DNA of 64,000 nucleotides from Sphagnum compactum (Eukaryota): NCBI GenBank assembly GCA_965153455.1, contig OZ234493.1, positions 21,814,213 to 21,878,212 of the forward strand, read 5' to 3'. Shown piece by piece: positions 51,101 to 63,573 of this stretch (position 1 is its first letter; each line of letters starts with the position of its first letter). The notes under the pieces were generated by a model. It saw only the letters and a program-made list of their open reading frames with translations, ran no database searches and was not told where the DNA came from. The position numbers and the translations under genes were made by a program.

Positions 51101-54100
51101 AATGGCATTGCATTCTTTAGAATGCAGCCAAACTAACAAAGGCTTTTAGGAACTTGACACATAATTAATGATGCGGGTCTTACAAGGTTGTTAAGCTATA
51201 GCGACTCCACAAAAATATTTTGAATCAATGGTGGTGCACCCCTCAAAATTTGGGGGGCTATTTATTTGTCACATGATGCTGACAGATATAGAAGTGAAAG
51301 TGGCCTATGTCATATCAGGTTTAGTATTCCAAATGGAATTTCGCACCAATTGTTGGGGGTTCACAAGTTCAAGTAATGGTTATTTCCATAATTAGTCTCA
51401 TGAGGGAGAAAATGGTGTATTTGTGAATGAAGTGTTTGATGGTTAGACCTCAAATATGAAGACATTTGCTCGATATTGGTTGAACAGGTCTACAACATTT
51501 TCCTGGACTATGTTTCAAATTGGGGAGCAACAATATTTTTCTTACAGAGAATTGGGTACCTAAGATTTACTTGGATCCAATAATTATTGATCCTTTGTCA
51601 TTGTCGATTTTTACATGGTATGTAATTTGTGTTGAACTCTCCATGTTCTTCCTGCCTACATATTATTATTGTTGATTGATTCAAAAACCAAATTTTAAAA
51701 ATTGTCCATATTTTCTTCCTTAAAACTATGGCCTCAATTTATAAAACCTCATATATATATGTAATAATTTATTATAAAGCCCACATTTTGTAATGTTTTT
51801 GTTGGATGTCATTATCAAATTGCAATCCAATTAGAGTTTCAAGTTCATTTCGAAAAATCAATCGTTGGATTTTCTTTATCACTCAAAAGGAATGTCCAAT
51901 GCAAATTTGCATGGACCCAATTTGTGGGTCTATTTGATGTTTGCTAATGAGTCATTTAATATTCCTCTTAATAGTTTAAACTCTTGTAAACATAGGATAG
52001 GCAAACATAGGGATATTGCAAGAATGTATCGTCTAATGTTAGCATTCGTATAAACTAACAGAGATATTGAGATCAAATCCCATAAGAGTCTCACATGGAC
52101 TTGGATGGCCTTTGTGTCACCATTTTTATTCACAAGAGAAACATACATTTTCTTCGACATAGGTCAAATTTCTTAAAGACATGGCATTTGGGGTCTAAAT
52201 CATTTCAAAGTAAATTTTGGGATTCTTAAACTACTAATCTATGTAATGTTTGCAAAATATTTTCCTTGTTAAATCTAGCATCAATCATTAGGTGTATTTA
52301 ATTTTGAGCTCTAAATTGTTAATTTCAAACTCAAGATTTGGTGAAAGAAAATGGAGGCTAGTGCCATTAAACATTACATTGACTTTGTAACAAAACTCCT
52401 AATCATTTGCATATGGTTGTTAGGTCAAATGAATTGCTTATTCGCAAATTTGGAGTTCTTTTATGGGAGCTAATTTCTCGGCAATCACAACCCAAACATG
52501 GAGAAGGATCCCATTTGGTATTATTCCTTGAATCTATAGTGCATTTTTTGTTTACACAATTAATTGTTCAATTATTGGCCATTTGATCCACGAAAGAATT
52601 ATAGTTTCAAGAAATCCATTCTAGGCACCTATATTATGAAAAGAAAGATTGACCAATGAGCATTGGAGATGAAATTTATTTAAACTAATATGCCACATTT
52701 GCAAATAATTTCCATGGATTCATCAAGATAGGAACTTACTCCCCACATGTCAATGAAAGTCAAGGTATGGAAGAGACCATTGTTCATACAAGGAATAATG
52801 TACAGACTTGTAATAACAACAAAGAAAAATAAGAGAGAATTTAATTGCGCAAAAGAAGGTTAGTCAAAACCCATATGTTGTTCATGCACATGTTAAACCA
52901 AGTTGTGAATGTATAATGTGAAATGTCTAAATACATCAAAGTCGAGATTAGATGACATATTCAAAAACTAAATTGGATATGCAAACCCTTCTTCACTGTT
53001 ACAAACAATAAAATGACTTGCATACTTGCATTCATGGATAGGTGAAAGCCATTTTGGAAGATTCAGGCAACATGGGGAACATCAACCCTACCCTTGGCTC
53101 CAACTTCCCAACAAAAATCATCATGAAAATTGTGGGGATAATACATTTTTGTCTACAACCAAACAATGTTTTTCAAGCAACAATGAGTGATGTGATCAAT
53201 GAAATTAATGGTGCATTACAATTGGAAGAAGGTGTGAAGGCTGAAGAAGGTGCTATGAAGATTGAAATTCCTCAGTATGCTTCACAATCAAAAACATGTG
53301 CCTCATTTGAAACTACTTTGGAAGAGATCAAGTGGCAGTCAATATTCAATGAAAAGTCTCGCTCTGATTCTGAAGTTGTGGATATAAATCCTAAAGGGAA
53401 AAGACAACAACCTCAAACAAGCATTACACAATGTCATGGTTCAAGGTCAGTGTTCCAAATTGTACTCATCTCTCATTTAATGCACGAAATGACTAGAGGT
53501 TTGATTGTCAATAATCTGTGTTGTGGGATTGTGTAATGGCTTTTTGTTCACCTGGGACCTTTCCATTGTAGAGATGGATGTGGTGATAGAGTATTGATTG
53601 ATGGTTGGTGATTAAATTTTGTGGTAAGGTCCCCAATATGGACCTTATAAGACAAACAACCCTTCATGTGTATTTAGCATTCAAAGGAATTTTTTAGTGT
53701 ATTTGGAGGGCACCTTATATCCATCAATGTCTCCCCTAGAAAAGAGAAGGGATATATTCTTATTCCCCACCAATCAAAGGATCCTACACATAGGCATAAT
53801 GTCCCTCCCACTCTTAGGGAGTAGGCATAAAAACCCTCCCTTTCCTAAACCTCATGATCTATGTTTGTCTAGGTTCATGATAACCTTCACCTCATGCTTT
53901 ACAATGGGCAAAAGCCACAAGTGGGGGACATTCCCTAAATGTGAGGCCAAACTCAGCTACTACCTTGTCCTAGGCTCCTTATTTTGGGAATGGCCTCCAC
54001 CTTTTGACCTTACCCCTCCACAAAAAAATTTAGCTTATTTTCAGAGACAAACACCACTATCATAGGGTCATCATTTACCCTAGTGCATATTGAAGTGCAT

Positions 54101-56238
54101 GTTTATGAGTTGGGCTTTGTGAAACCCTACTCCAATGAAATGGATGAATTTATTTTGAGAAGAGTTTTTTCAGATATCATTAAGAAAGAAAAAACATATG
54201 ATAGTAAAATAATGCCCAGTTTGTCAGAAAGTCCATTTATAAACACTTCAAGTTAATATGAATATGTTTAACATATTACTTCAGTTGGGGCCTCCAATTC
54301 TTAAGGAGGACTTGAAGAGATTTTTGTTTTGGCCAATCAGCCCACAGACCCTATTGTTTTGTATTCATAATGTAGCGAGCTGGAATGATTGTATTTGGAG
54401 CATGACTAGCAGGGTTCAAAATGGTGAAGGTGTGGTAACCAAAATTTCATGTTCAAGGAAGATGTGCATCACTAGAATGAACAAAGGCCACACTTGGATT
54501 TGTAAATGTGGCCTAATAACACAAGAATTTTTCTTTTGTAATTGGTTGCAGAAGTTCCGAAGGTCATTCAATGTGTTCAAGCAGTGATGATGAAATGCCT
54601 TCAACAAGCAAGAATGAAAGTTTATCTCCACAATTGGAATTGCGTGCCACCACTACAAGCATTGAAGGTGTTCCAAACCTGCCAACCACGAGTAGCAGTT
54701 CAACTATGGTTGCTGGCAGAAAAAATAATGAAGGCAATGTGGAGTTACTTTTTGAAAATGCGGAAAACATGTCTCAAGTTGTTGGTGTGGGGCTTGAGTG
54801 GGCCAAGGTGGTGATCACCAAAAAGTTGGATGTGGAGGTGAGGCACATTGGTGAACATGCATGGCAAGACTTGTGGGCAAATTTGAAAATGGCAGGCCAG
54901 GTGTATGGAGATTTTGAGCTGATGAATATCAGTCTTCCAGAATTGCAAACACAAGACCAAAGGCCCTCAAATATACTGTGGGAAGATCTAACAGAAAGAT
55001 TCGGTGTTGGGTTGACAAGCAGCGATGTAATTAGTGTGTATATGGAAGACCAAGTTGGACAATCAAATGATGAAGGATTTGCTCCCCTTGTAATGAACCT
55101 AGCTGAATGCATGGGAGTTGAGGCAGCAACTGTTACCAAATGCAGGCCAGTTTCAGGGGGTGAAGGTGGAAGCTCAAAGGGAGCTGCACGAGGGGGAAGT
55201 TCAAAGGAGGCCTCAACAAGAACTCAAGATCCCCCGCAAGATCCTCCTGAAGATCCCCCTCAGGATCCTGCTAGGAATCCTCCAGATGATCACGATCAAG
55301 ATCCACCCAATGATCCTGCTGAAGATCCACCTGAGCCCTTGGAGAATAAGAAGGTTCATGTTGTGACTATTTATCCAGAACATGGGTATGTCCGTCAAGG
55401 ATCCCATGTTCTTCAACAGGACAACCCAATAAAAGAGGCATGTATTGTACCTATCCTTCGTTTTGAATTTGAATTGAGGGGAAATCACAAGAAGATTACA
55501 ACCAGACTGAGAACACAATGCAATCTTGGGAAAGGTGGTGGACTCAATGGTACCCCCTCAAATCTGGGATATTTCCAGGACAACATCACAATTTCCTTAA
55601 CTTGTGAAAAGGAAAGGGCTGCAACTCTTTCCTCTTCAAAAGTTGAAGATGTAAAAGTTGCCAAGAGAACTATCGCAAACAATAATTCAACATCACTTGC
55701 AAGGGAAGGCTCAGGTCAACTTGCTGTGAGTGTACTTGGGTTTCAAGTTGGAGGAAGTTATGGTGGAACTACTGAGACAGGTTACTCAACTGCTCATGAG
55801 ATGGAAATTGAGTGGTTGCGTGGTGGATTTTGTGTGCATTCAATAGAACTTGCACGAAGTTTGGCTTACAACTTTTCTTATCCAAAAGAAATGATGGACA
55901 TCATTGCTGATCATCGTCTTGGTCGAAGGGAATTGTTAGACCTCAAAATAGGTGACACAGTCTCGCCAACTATCATCGGTGCATGGGATGCTCTTGATGA
56001 GAGCAGAAAATGCAAATACAATTTCGAGACCACACGGGACATTACTTCCATCAAGGGTTTAAGGCAGTCACAAGGGAATGGCGAAGAACTCCAATCCATC
56101 CCGCAACAGTATATAGTACCTTTGTGGGTGAATCATGCAATGACTCATATATTGCATCGTGATGACATAATCCAAGCAACTGGTAGAGTAAGGAAGGTGA
56201 TTGGAGCAAAGCCTGCATTGCATGGTGCTCGTACATAG
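48142..56238 (+). CDS. RLK/Pelle-type pseudokinase fused to a putative beta-pore-forming toxin domain (~1144 aa model; may be pseudogenised)
   Basis: Phase-compatible exons 48142-48716, 49179-49362 (MTDNF...GQEVAVK), 49740-49866 (IVKVIGYCEE...YEYMPHGTL), 50575-50652 (TRLQIALHIAQ), tentative 51202-51487 (two TAG stops), 52424-52517 (FGVLLWELIS), 53042-53445 (ATMSDVINEI), 54552-56238 (open, 561 codons); total 3435 nt. Confidence 0.65.
48160..48640 (+). repeat. 168-bp (56-aa) coding tandem repeat x~2.7
   Basis: gatgggtcatcgggg at 48166, 48334 and 48502; near-identical units. Confidence 0.95.
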
Positions 56239-57618
56239 CAATATTTCCCAACACAGCATTGTAGATTTGTGTGTTTTGGTTTTTGGTTTCTGCTGCTAAG
56301 TCAGTGCACATTTGTGTGTATTTTCTTCATTTAATTCTGTCACTATCCTGTTTGTAGATGTTGCTTTTCCTATTCATGATCCCCCTCGATAAAGGCACCC
56401 AAGGTCTCAACCCCTTTGCGCAACAGCTCATTTTCCAGTTCCAACAATATTCTGTTCTGCGCATGCTTTGGAAGTCTTTCTCAACTGCATGCTTGTCCAA
56501 CTATTTCTTCAAGGCTTTCAATCCATGTCTGTTCTCTTTTTCTACGCTTTACTGAAGTTGGGCACTGCCTTCAGAAGCATATTTGTTTTGCCTCAACTTT
56601 GAACTGTTTTGTCACCACTGGATTCATATACTGTTTTCTTCTAGATCACCCATTTTCCAGCTTCTATATGGTGTGGAATGTGACTATCTTCTCAAGCTTT
56701 CAACTGATATCAATAGTTGTAATTGTGGAATGAATACCGTACTTGTTTTTGTCCATCTTGGACAAAGTGGTGAAACTTGTGTGTCATGGTGCCTTTTTTC
56801 GAGAATGCAGTTGGAAGTTGACAGCATTAAGTAGCTAGCTTATGTAGATATGGTGTTGAGTTTCTCCTTTTTGTTTTTCTTGGCACTAAAGGGAGAAAAA
56901 GATTGCATTACAAAACAGAGGACAGAAAACAACCCGCTGTCAGAGAGGCCACCCAACATCACCACTCAACCAGGGACAAAACCTTAGCAATTAACAATGC
57001 CATGACGACAAAAATGATAGCAGCATCTAAGAGGAAGCTCATCCTGCAAAAACCAAGTTTACTGTGTACTCCTCACTCTTTATCAAACATCTCAAGCAGC
57101 AAATCAGCCTTGGTAAAGGAAACCTTGTCCGTTGCTATGAGAGTGCTTTTCATAGATGTAGTCTTGGTTTTTGCTGCTTATATTGTACAAGGTGGTGGTT
57201 GTGTGTACCAGTACGAAAGCTGGAAATATGAGCTATGGGAGAGGACTTGACCAGTGAGAGGATGTAGTGTACTAGCTAACAATTTTGCCATTTGACTTAC
57301 ACTAATGGACATTCCATGGGTATGCACAAAAACCAGAAGTCTGTGTGGAGTGAGTTGTTTTGCAGCCAAAAAACTAACTGAATTAACTAAAATCAACCTG
57401 TTAAAGCAATCTGAACAACATCAGTATAAGTTGGGGTTAAGGACTATATTTTGGATTTCTGACTAAGAAAACAGAAAATTGTGGCCTTCTTTCTTGTTCA
57501 ATGGATTATTTTGTATAACATTTTAATTATTTTTTACAAATTATTTTTTTGTATTAGTCAACAAATAACATGGATCATCTAAAAACCCAATTGATGATAT
57601 TAAAAAATAGAAACATTT

Positions 57619-60600
57619 ATGAGTCATTTATTGCTCTTAATAGTTTAAACTCTTGTAAACATAGGATAGGCAGACATAGGGACATTGCGAGAATGTATTG
57701 TCTAATGTTAGCATTCGTATAGACTGACAGAGATATTGAGATCAAAGTCGAGAAGAGTCATACATGGACTTGGATAGCCTTTGTGTCACCATTTTTATTC
57801 ACAAGAGAAACATACATTTTCTAAGACATAGGCCAAATTTCTTAAAGACATGGCATTTGAGGGTCTAAATATTGCAAAGTAAATTTTCGGATTCTTAAAC
57901 TACCAATCTACGGAATGTTTGCAAAATATTTTCCTTGTTGAATCTAGGTTCAATCATTAGGTGTATTTAATTTTGAGTTCTAAATTGTTAATTTCAAACT
58001 CACAATTTGGTGAAAGAAAATGGAGGCTAGTGCCATTAAGCATTACATTGACTTTGTAACAAAACTTCTAACCATTTGCATATGGTTGTAAGGTCAAAAG
58101 AAGCAGTTATGCGCAAATTTGGAGTTTTTTTATGGGAGCTAATTTCTGGGGAACCACAACCCAGAGATCGAAAAGGGATAAATCATTTGGTGCATTCATG
58201 CATGAATTTGGAGTTTTTTAATGGGAGCTAATTTCTGGGCAACCACAAGCCAAACATGGAGAAGGATCTCATTTGGTATTATTCCTTGAATCTATAGTGC
58301 ATTTTTTGTTCACACAATTAATTGTTCAATTGTTGGCCATTTGATTTGGGAAAGAATTATAGTTTCAAGAAATCCCTTCTAGGAATTTATATTATAAAAT
58401 AAAAAGATTGAGCAATGAGCATTGGAAATGAAATTTATTTAATTAATAAGTATAATTATTACTGATATGCCACATTTGCAAATAATTTCCATGGATTCAT
58501 CAAGATAGGAACTTACTCCCCACATGTCAATGAAAGTCAAGGTATGGGAGAGACCATTCTTCATGCAAGGAATAATGTACAGACTTGTAATAACAACAAA
58601 GAAAACTGAAAGAGAACTTAATTGAGCAAAAGACGGTTAATGCAAAACCCATATGTTGTTCATGCACATGTTAAACCAAGTTGTGAATGTATAATGTGAA
58701 ATGTCTAAATACATCAAAGTTGAGATTAGATGACATATTCAAAAACTAAAATGGATATGCAAACCTTTCTTCATTATCACAAACAATAAAATGACTTGCA
58801 CACTTGCACTCATGAATAGTTGAAAGCCATTTTGGAGGATTCTGGCAACATGGGGAATATCAACCCTACCCTTGGCTTCAACTTCCCAACAAAAACCATC
58901 ATGAAAATTGTGAGGATAATATATTTTTGTCTACAACAAAAACATTTTTTTTGGCGAACAATGAACGATGTGATCGATGAAATTAATGGTGCATTACAAT
59001 TGGAAAAAGGTCTGAAGGCTGAAGAAGGTGATTTGAAGATTGAAATACCTTCGTATGCTTCATGTTCCTCAATTGAAACTTTGGAAGAGATCGAGTGACT
59101 GCCAATATTCGATGAAAAGTCTACCTCTGATTGTTCAGAAATTGGACAGAACCATTCAACCGTGGCATTTGTGGATTTAAATCCTAAAGGCAAAAGCCAA
59201 CAACCTAAAACAATCTTTACACAAAGTCATGGTTCGAGGTCAATGTTCCAAATTGTACTCATCTCTCATTTAATGCAAGAAATGACTAGAGGTTTGCTTG
59301 TTAATAATCTGTGTTGTGGGATTGTGTAATGGCTTTTTGTTCACCTGGGACCTTTCCATTGTAGAAATGGATGTGGTGATAGAATCTTGACTAATGGTTG
59401 GCAATTAAATTTTGTTGTAAGGTCCCCAATATGGACCTTATAATACAAACAAACCTTCATGTTAATTTCACATTCAAAGGAATATCATAGTGTACTTGGA
59501 GGGCACTTTATATCCATCAGTGTCCCCTTTAGAAAAGAGGAGGGATATATTCTTATTCCTCCCAAGTCAAAGGATCTTACTTATAGGCATAATGTCCCTC
59601 CCACTCTTAAGGAGTAAGCATAAGAACCCTCCCTTCATTAAACCTCATGATCTACATTTGTCTAGGTTCATGATAACATTCATCTCATGCTTTACAATGC
59701 GCAAAGTCCACAAGTGGGGGACATTCCATGATTGTGAAGCCAAACCTGATTATTGTCTTGTCCTAGGCCCTTTATTTTTGGAATGGCCCCCACCCTTGAC
59801 CTTTCCCCTCCATAAAAATTTCAACTTATTTTCGCAAACAAACACCACTGTCATAGGGTCATAATTTACCCTGGTGCATATTGAAGTGCATGTTTATAGC
59901 TTGGGCTTTGTGAAACCCTACTCAAATGAAATGGATGAAGTTATTCTGAGAAGAATTCTTTTATATATCATTCACAATGAAAAAACATATGATAGAAAAA
60001 TAATGTCCAATTTGTCAAAAGGTTCATTTACGAACACTTCAAGTTAATATGAATGTGTTTAACATATTACTTCAGTTGGGACTCCATTTCCTATGGAGCA
60101 CTTAGAATTTTTTTTTGTTTTGGCCAATCAGCCCACATCTTATTGTTTTGTATTCATAAGGTAGCAAGCTGGAATGATTGTATTGGAATGTTGGAACATG
60201 AACAACAGGGTTCAAATGGTGAAGGTGTGGTAACCACATTTGCATGTTCAAGGATGATGTGCATCACTAGAATGAACAAAGGCTACACTTGGATTTGTAA
60301 ATGTGGCCTAATAACACAAGAATTTTTCTTTTGTAAATGGTTGCAGAAGTTCCGAAGGTGATTCGATCCAGTCAAGTAGCGATGATGAAATGCCTTCAAC
60401 AAGCAAGAAAGAAAGTTTATCTCCACAATTGGAATTGTGTGCCACCATTACAAGCATTGAAGGTGTTCCAAACCTGCCAACCACAAGTAGCAGTTCAACT
60501 ATGGTTGCTCACAGAAAAAATAATGAAGGCAATGTGGAGTTACTTTTTAAAGATGCAGAAAACATGACTCAGGTTGTTGGTGTGGGGTTTGAGTGGGCCA

Positions 60601-61705
60601 AGGTGGTTGTCACCAAAGAGTTGGATGTGGAGGTGAGAGAAATTGGAGAGCATGCGTGGAAAGGCTTGTGGGAAGATCAGGGTTGTGAAGAACTTGAGCT
60701 GATAGAAATCATTCTTCCAAAGCTAGAGTCAAAGGTTGGAGGTTCCTTAGATACAAGGCTAGAAGATCAAATTGAAAGATTTGAGATTGGGTTGACAAAA
60801 AGTGATGTAATTGGGGTGTATACAGAAAACCACCTTGAACAATTGAATGAAGGATTCTCTCCTCTTGTATATGATCTAGTGCCATACATGGGACTTCAAA
60901 GAGAAAATACCATCAGATGTAGACAAGTTTTAGGGGGTGAAGGTGGAAGCTCAAAGGGTGCTGCAAAAGTTAGATGTTCAACAGATCAGACCAGAGGAAA
61001 AAAAAATGTGCATCAAGATCCATCCCAAGATCCACCTGAAGATGGCTCTCAAGATGGCTTTCAAGGTCCACCACAAGGTCCCTCTGAGCCCTTGTTTGCA
61101 TTGCCATTGGATATGGAGGAAAAAAAGGTTCTTGTCTCTATTATTCCACTATGGGGCTACCTCTCTCATGGACCGGGTGGGCAAGAGATTCATGATGGCC
61201 ACAAACTATATAAGGCAACAATTGTGCCTGTCCTCAAATTTATGTTTGAAGTAGATGGAGGCCATAGGAAGATAACCACCACATTAATATTAACATGTGA
61301 TCTTGGGGAAGGTGGTGGACTGAATGTCAGCCTCGGGAATCTTGGACATTTCCAGGACAACATCACAATATCCTTACATTGTGAAAGGGACAGAGCTGCA
61401 ACTTTTTTATCTTGTAGGGTGCAAAATGTAGAGTGGAAAGGACAACTACAACCAATGCTTTAAGTTCGTACAAGTGGGGATGCAAAGGTAAAATCCTTGT
61501 GCCATTTTTGGGTATTCAAGCTTGGGGAGGTGATGGTCAAACTAGTGAGAGGGGTTCTTCATCTGCTCATGAAAATTCTGTCCCCCAGTTAAGTAGTTTT
61601 TATGTTACTTCAAAATGCCGTGGAAGCAGTTTGGTTTACAACTTTCTTTACCCCCAAGAAGTTGTGGACCGCATCGCTAATGATAAGCAAGGTCCAACTT
61701 TTTGA
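57619..61705 (+). pseudogene. Partial tandem paralog of the kinase-toxin gene (C-lobe exons plus last exon)
   Basis: Collinear with 51947-55930; exons ~58092-58276 (internally duplicated), 58820-59237 (TGG>TGA at 59096), 60347-61705 (frameshift near 61433, truncated). Confidence 0.85.
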
Positions 61706-62611
61706 TAGCCAGTTTGGCTAATTCTCTTTATCAATAATCATGAATTTGGCTACATCACAAATTGAACACTAAATTGATTGAGAAACCTATATGAAAGAGA
61801 GATTTTTTGTGTTCACTTCTCACTATTGTGCAAAGAATTTTTTTAGAAAAACTGGAAATTTTCAGTGTAAAATGTGCTATCTTCAAAAGAAGTCAGCACT
61901 CTAGCAAAATCACAGAAATGGAAAATAAACAAAAAACTGGTAAGAAAGTTCAGATTAGAATAGTCTTCAGTCATTGTTTGAGTTTTCATTTAAATAAATT
62001 ATTATTGTTGGTGCATCGAACAACTCTTTATGTCACATATCTGTGGCTTAAGAACAAACAAGACATCAGTGATTTCAAGTCTTCCCACAGATTTAAGGTT
62101 GTGAAAGCTTCAAGATATTAGAGAGTTTGATAAATAATCTTTTCCTTTCATTTCATTGTCATCCTTAGAGAGAATGAATTGGTAACATCATGGGTGTTAA
62201 TTTCAGAATCTATTTAACAAATTTCTACTTATTTGTGACATGTATTTATTTGTACAATAACCAGAAGGGCAGACTCCTGATGATGGAAATAATTCAAAAA
62301 CCCTGAGGTAGAATTAGTGCTGATTGTAAAAGATACCTAAAAAGGTTTTTAAGAAATTCCCATGGCCAAGCTCATGGACATTTTGGTTTTTTACTCCATA
62401 ACCAAGGTACAATCATATGTGAACATTTAGATCATTCTCATGCATTTTGTATGCAATATTTATGTCCTTCGCAATACATGTACCACATTCCTTATTCCCT
62501 ATGTGAAGAGTTATGTTCATCTTTGACTCAAGATTTGCTTGGTCGGACCTGTGTTCAAGAACCTCGAGCTCTATAATTTGTTGAAATTATAATGAATAAA
62601 CCAATGTTAGG

Positions 62612-62910
62612 CAGCTTTATGGCATTTTATTTTATTTTTTGGCGAAATTTCGCCAAATTTCGACCTGAAAAATATGATTTTGAACTATACAAAAGGTTTT
62701 CCATGGAAAAAATGCCCAAATTCACCCAGAATTCAAGAAATAAAATACAGTCCAGATCACCAATTTTTTATGATAAGTTTCAGAAGGTAGTCAAGAATAT
62801 AGAACTACTTTCATATCTAATCTGTAGCCAAATCTGGCTAAGTCTGGCTAGATCATCCTATGGATGATCTCCACTTCAGCTACATCACAAAATTGAAAAA
62901 AAAAACCTGG
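62612..62910. repeat. Short interspersed repeat (MITE-like); related fragment at ~61705-61765
   Basis: ttggcgaaatttcgccaa near-palindrome; tagcca...tggcta and gctacatcacaaa shared with 61705-61765. Confidence 0.4.
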
Positions 62911-63573
62911 TATATGGTTTATCATACTCTAATATGGTAATGGTATAGACAAGTTCCATACCAAAATGAGTATAAGAAAAACAATTATTTTAAATGATGG
63001 TAAAAATATAAGTAGTGAGGAGCAAGTAGTGAACATCGACATTGAAACTCTGTGAAATATATATCACAAGTTAAAATATTCTCTGTTTTAACTTCGAATG
63101 CTTGAAATGAAAGCTAGTCGAATGTCTAGAATGAAGGTTACCAGAACGCCTGGAAGGCTCCTAAGACAGTTTATGTTGTGTGACATTCTTGGAAGATACG
63201 AACGGAAAAATCAAGAAAGCTAATGCAGCATGACAAATGGGTTGCGCACATGAAGGAAGAAGCGCAGCAGCCTCGAGAAGCAGCTCTGCCCACGATCAGC
63301 CACAAAACTGGGAGCCAGAAAATCCCGACGTTCTGCTCGTTCAGACCCGGCAGATGTCTGCCTGCCACTGTAGCTTCCCTTCCGACTTGCCCACGAACTG
63401 CGGCGCTCAGTTTAGCACTCTGCACGAGTCTCTCACGAGTTTCATCGTTCACCTTCGTGCTCATCCGTGCTCACCTGCCTGCATTGCATAACCATTTTCT
63501 GATTGCACACAATATAGGCATTGTGTTTTTCAATTTTTTTCTTTGAATCACATTTTCTTCTGTCTTTCTCACC

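Noticed and set aside
53697-54587. ORFs of 122 and 109 aa, also open in the paralog (59490-60361)
   Set aside because: They lie in the predicted intron, have no recognisable motifs, and similarity is explained by recent duplication; an extra exon cannot be fully excluded
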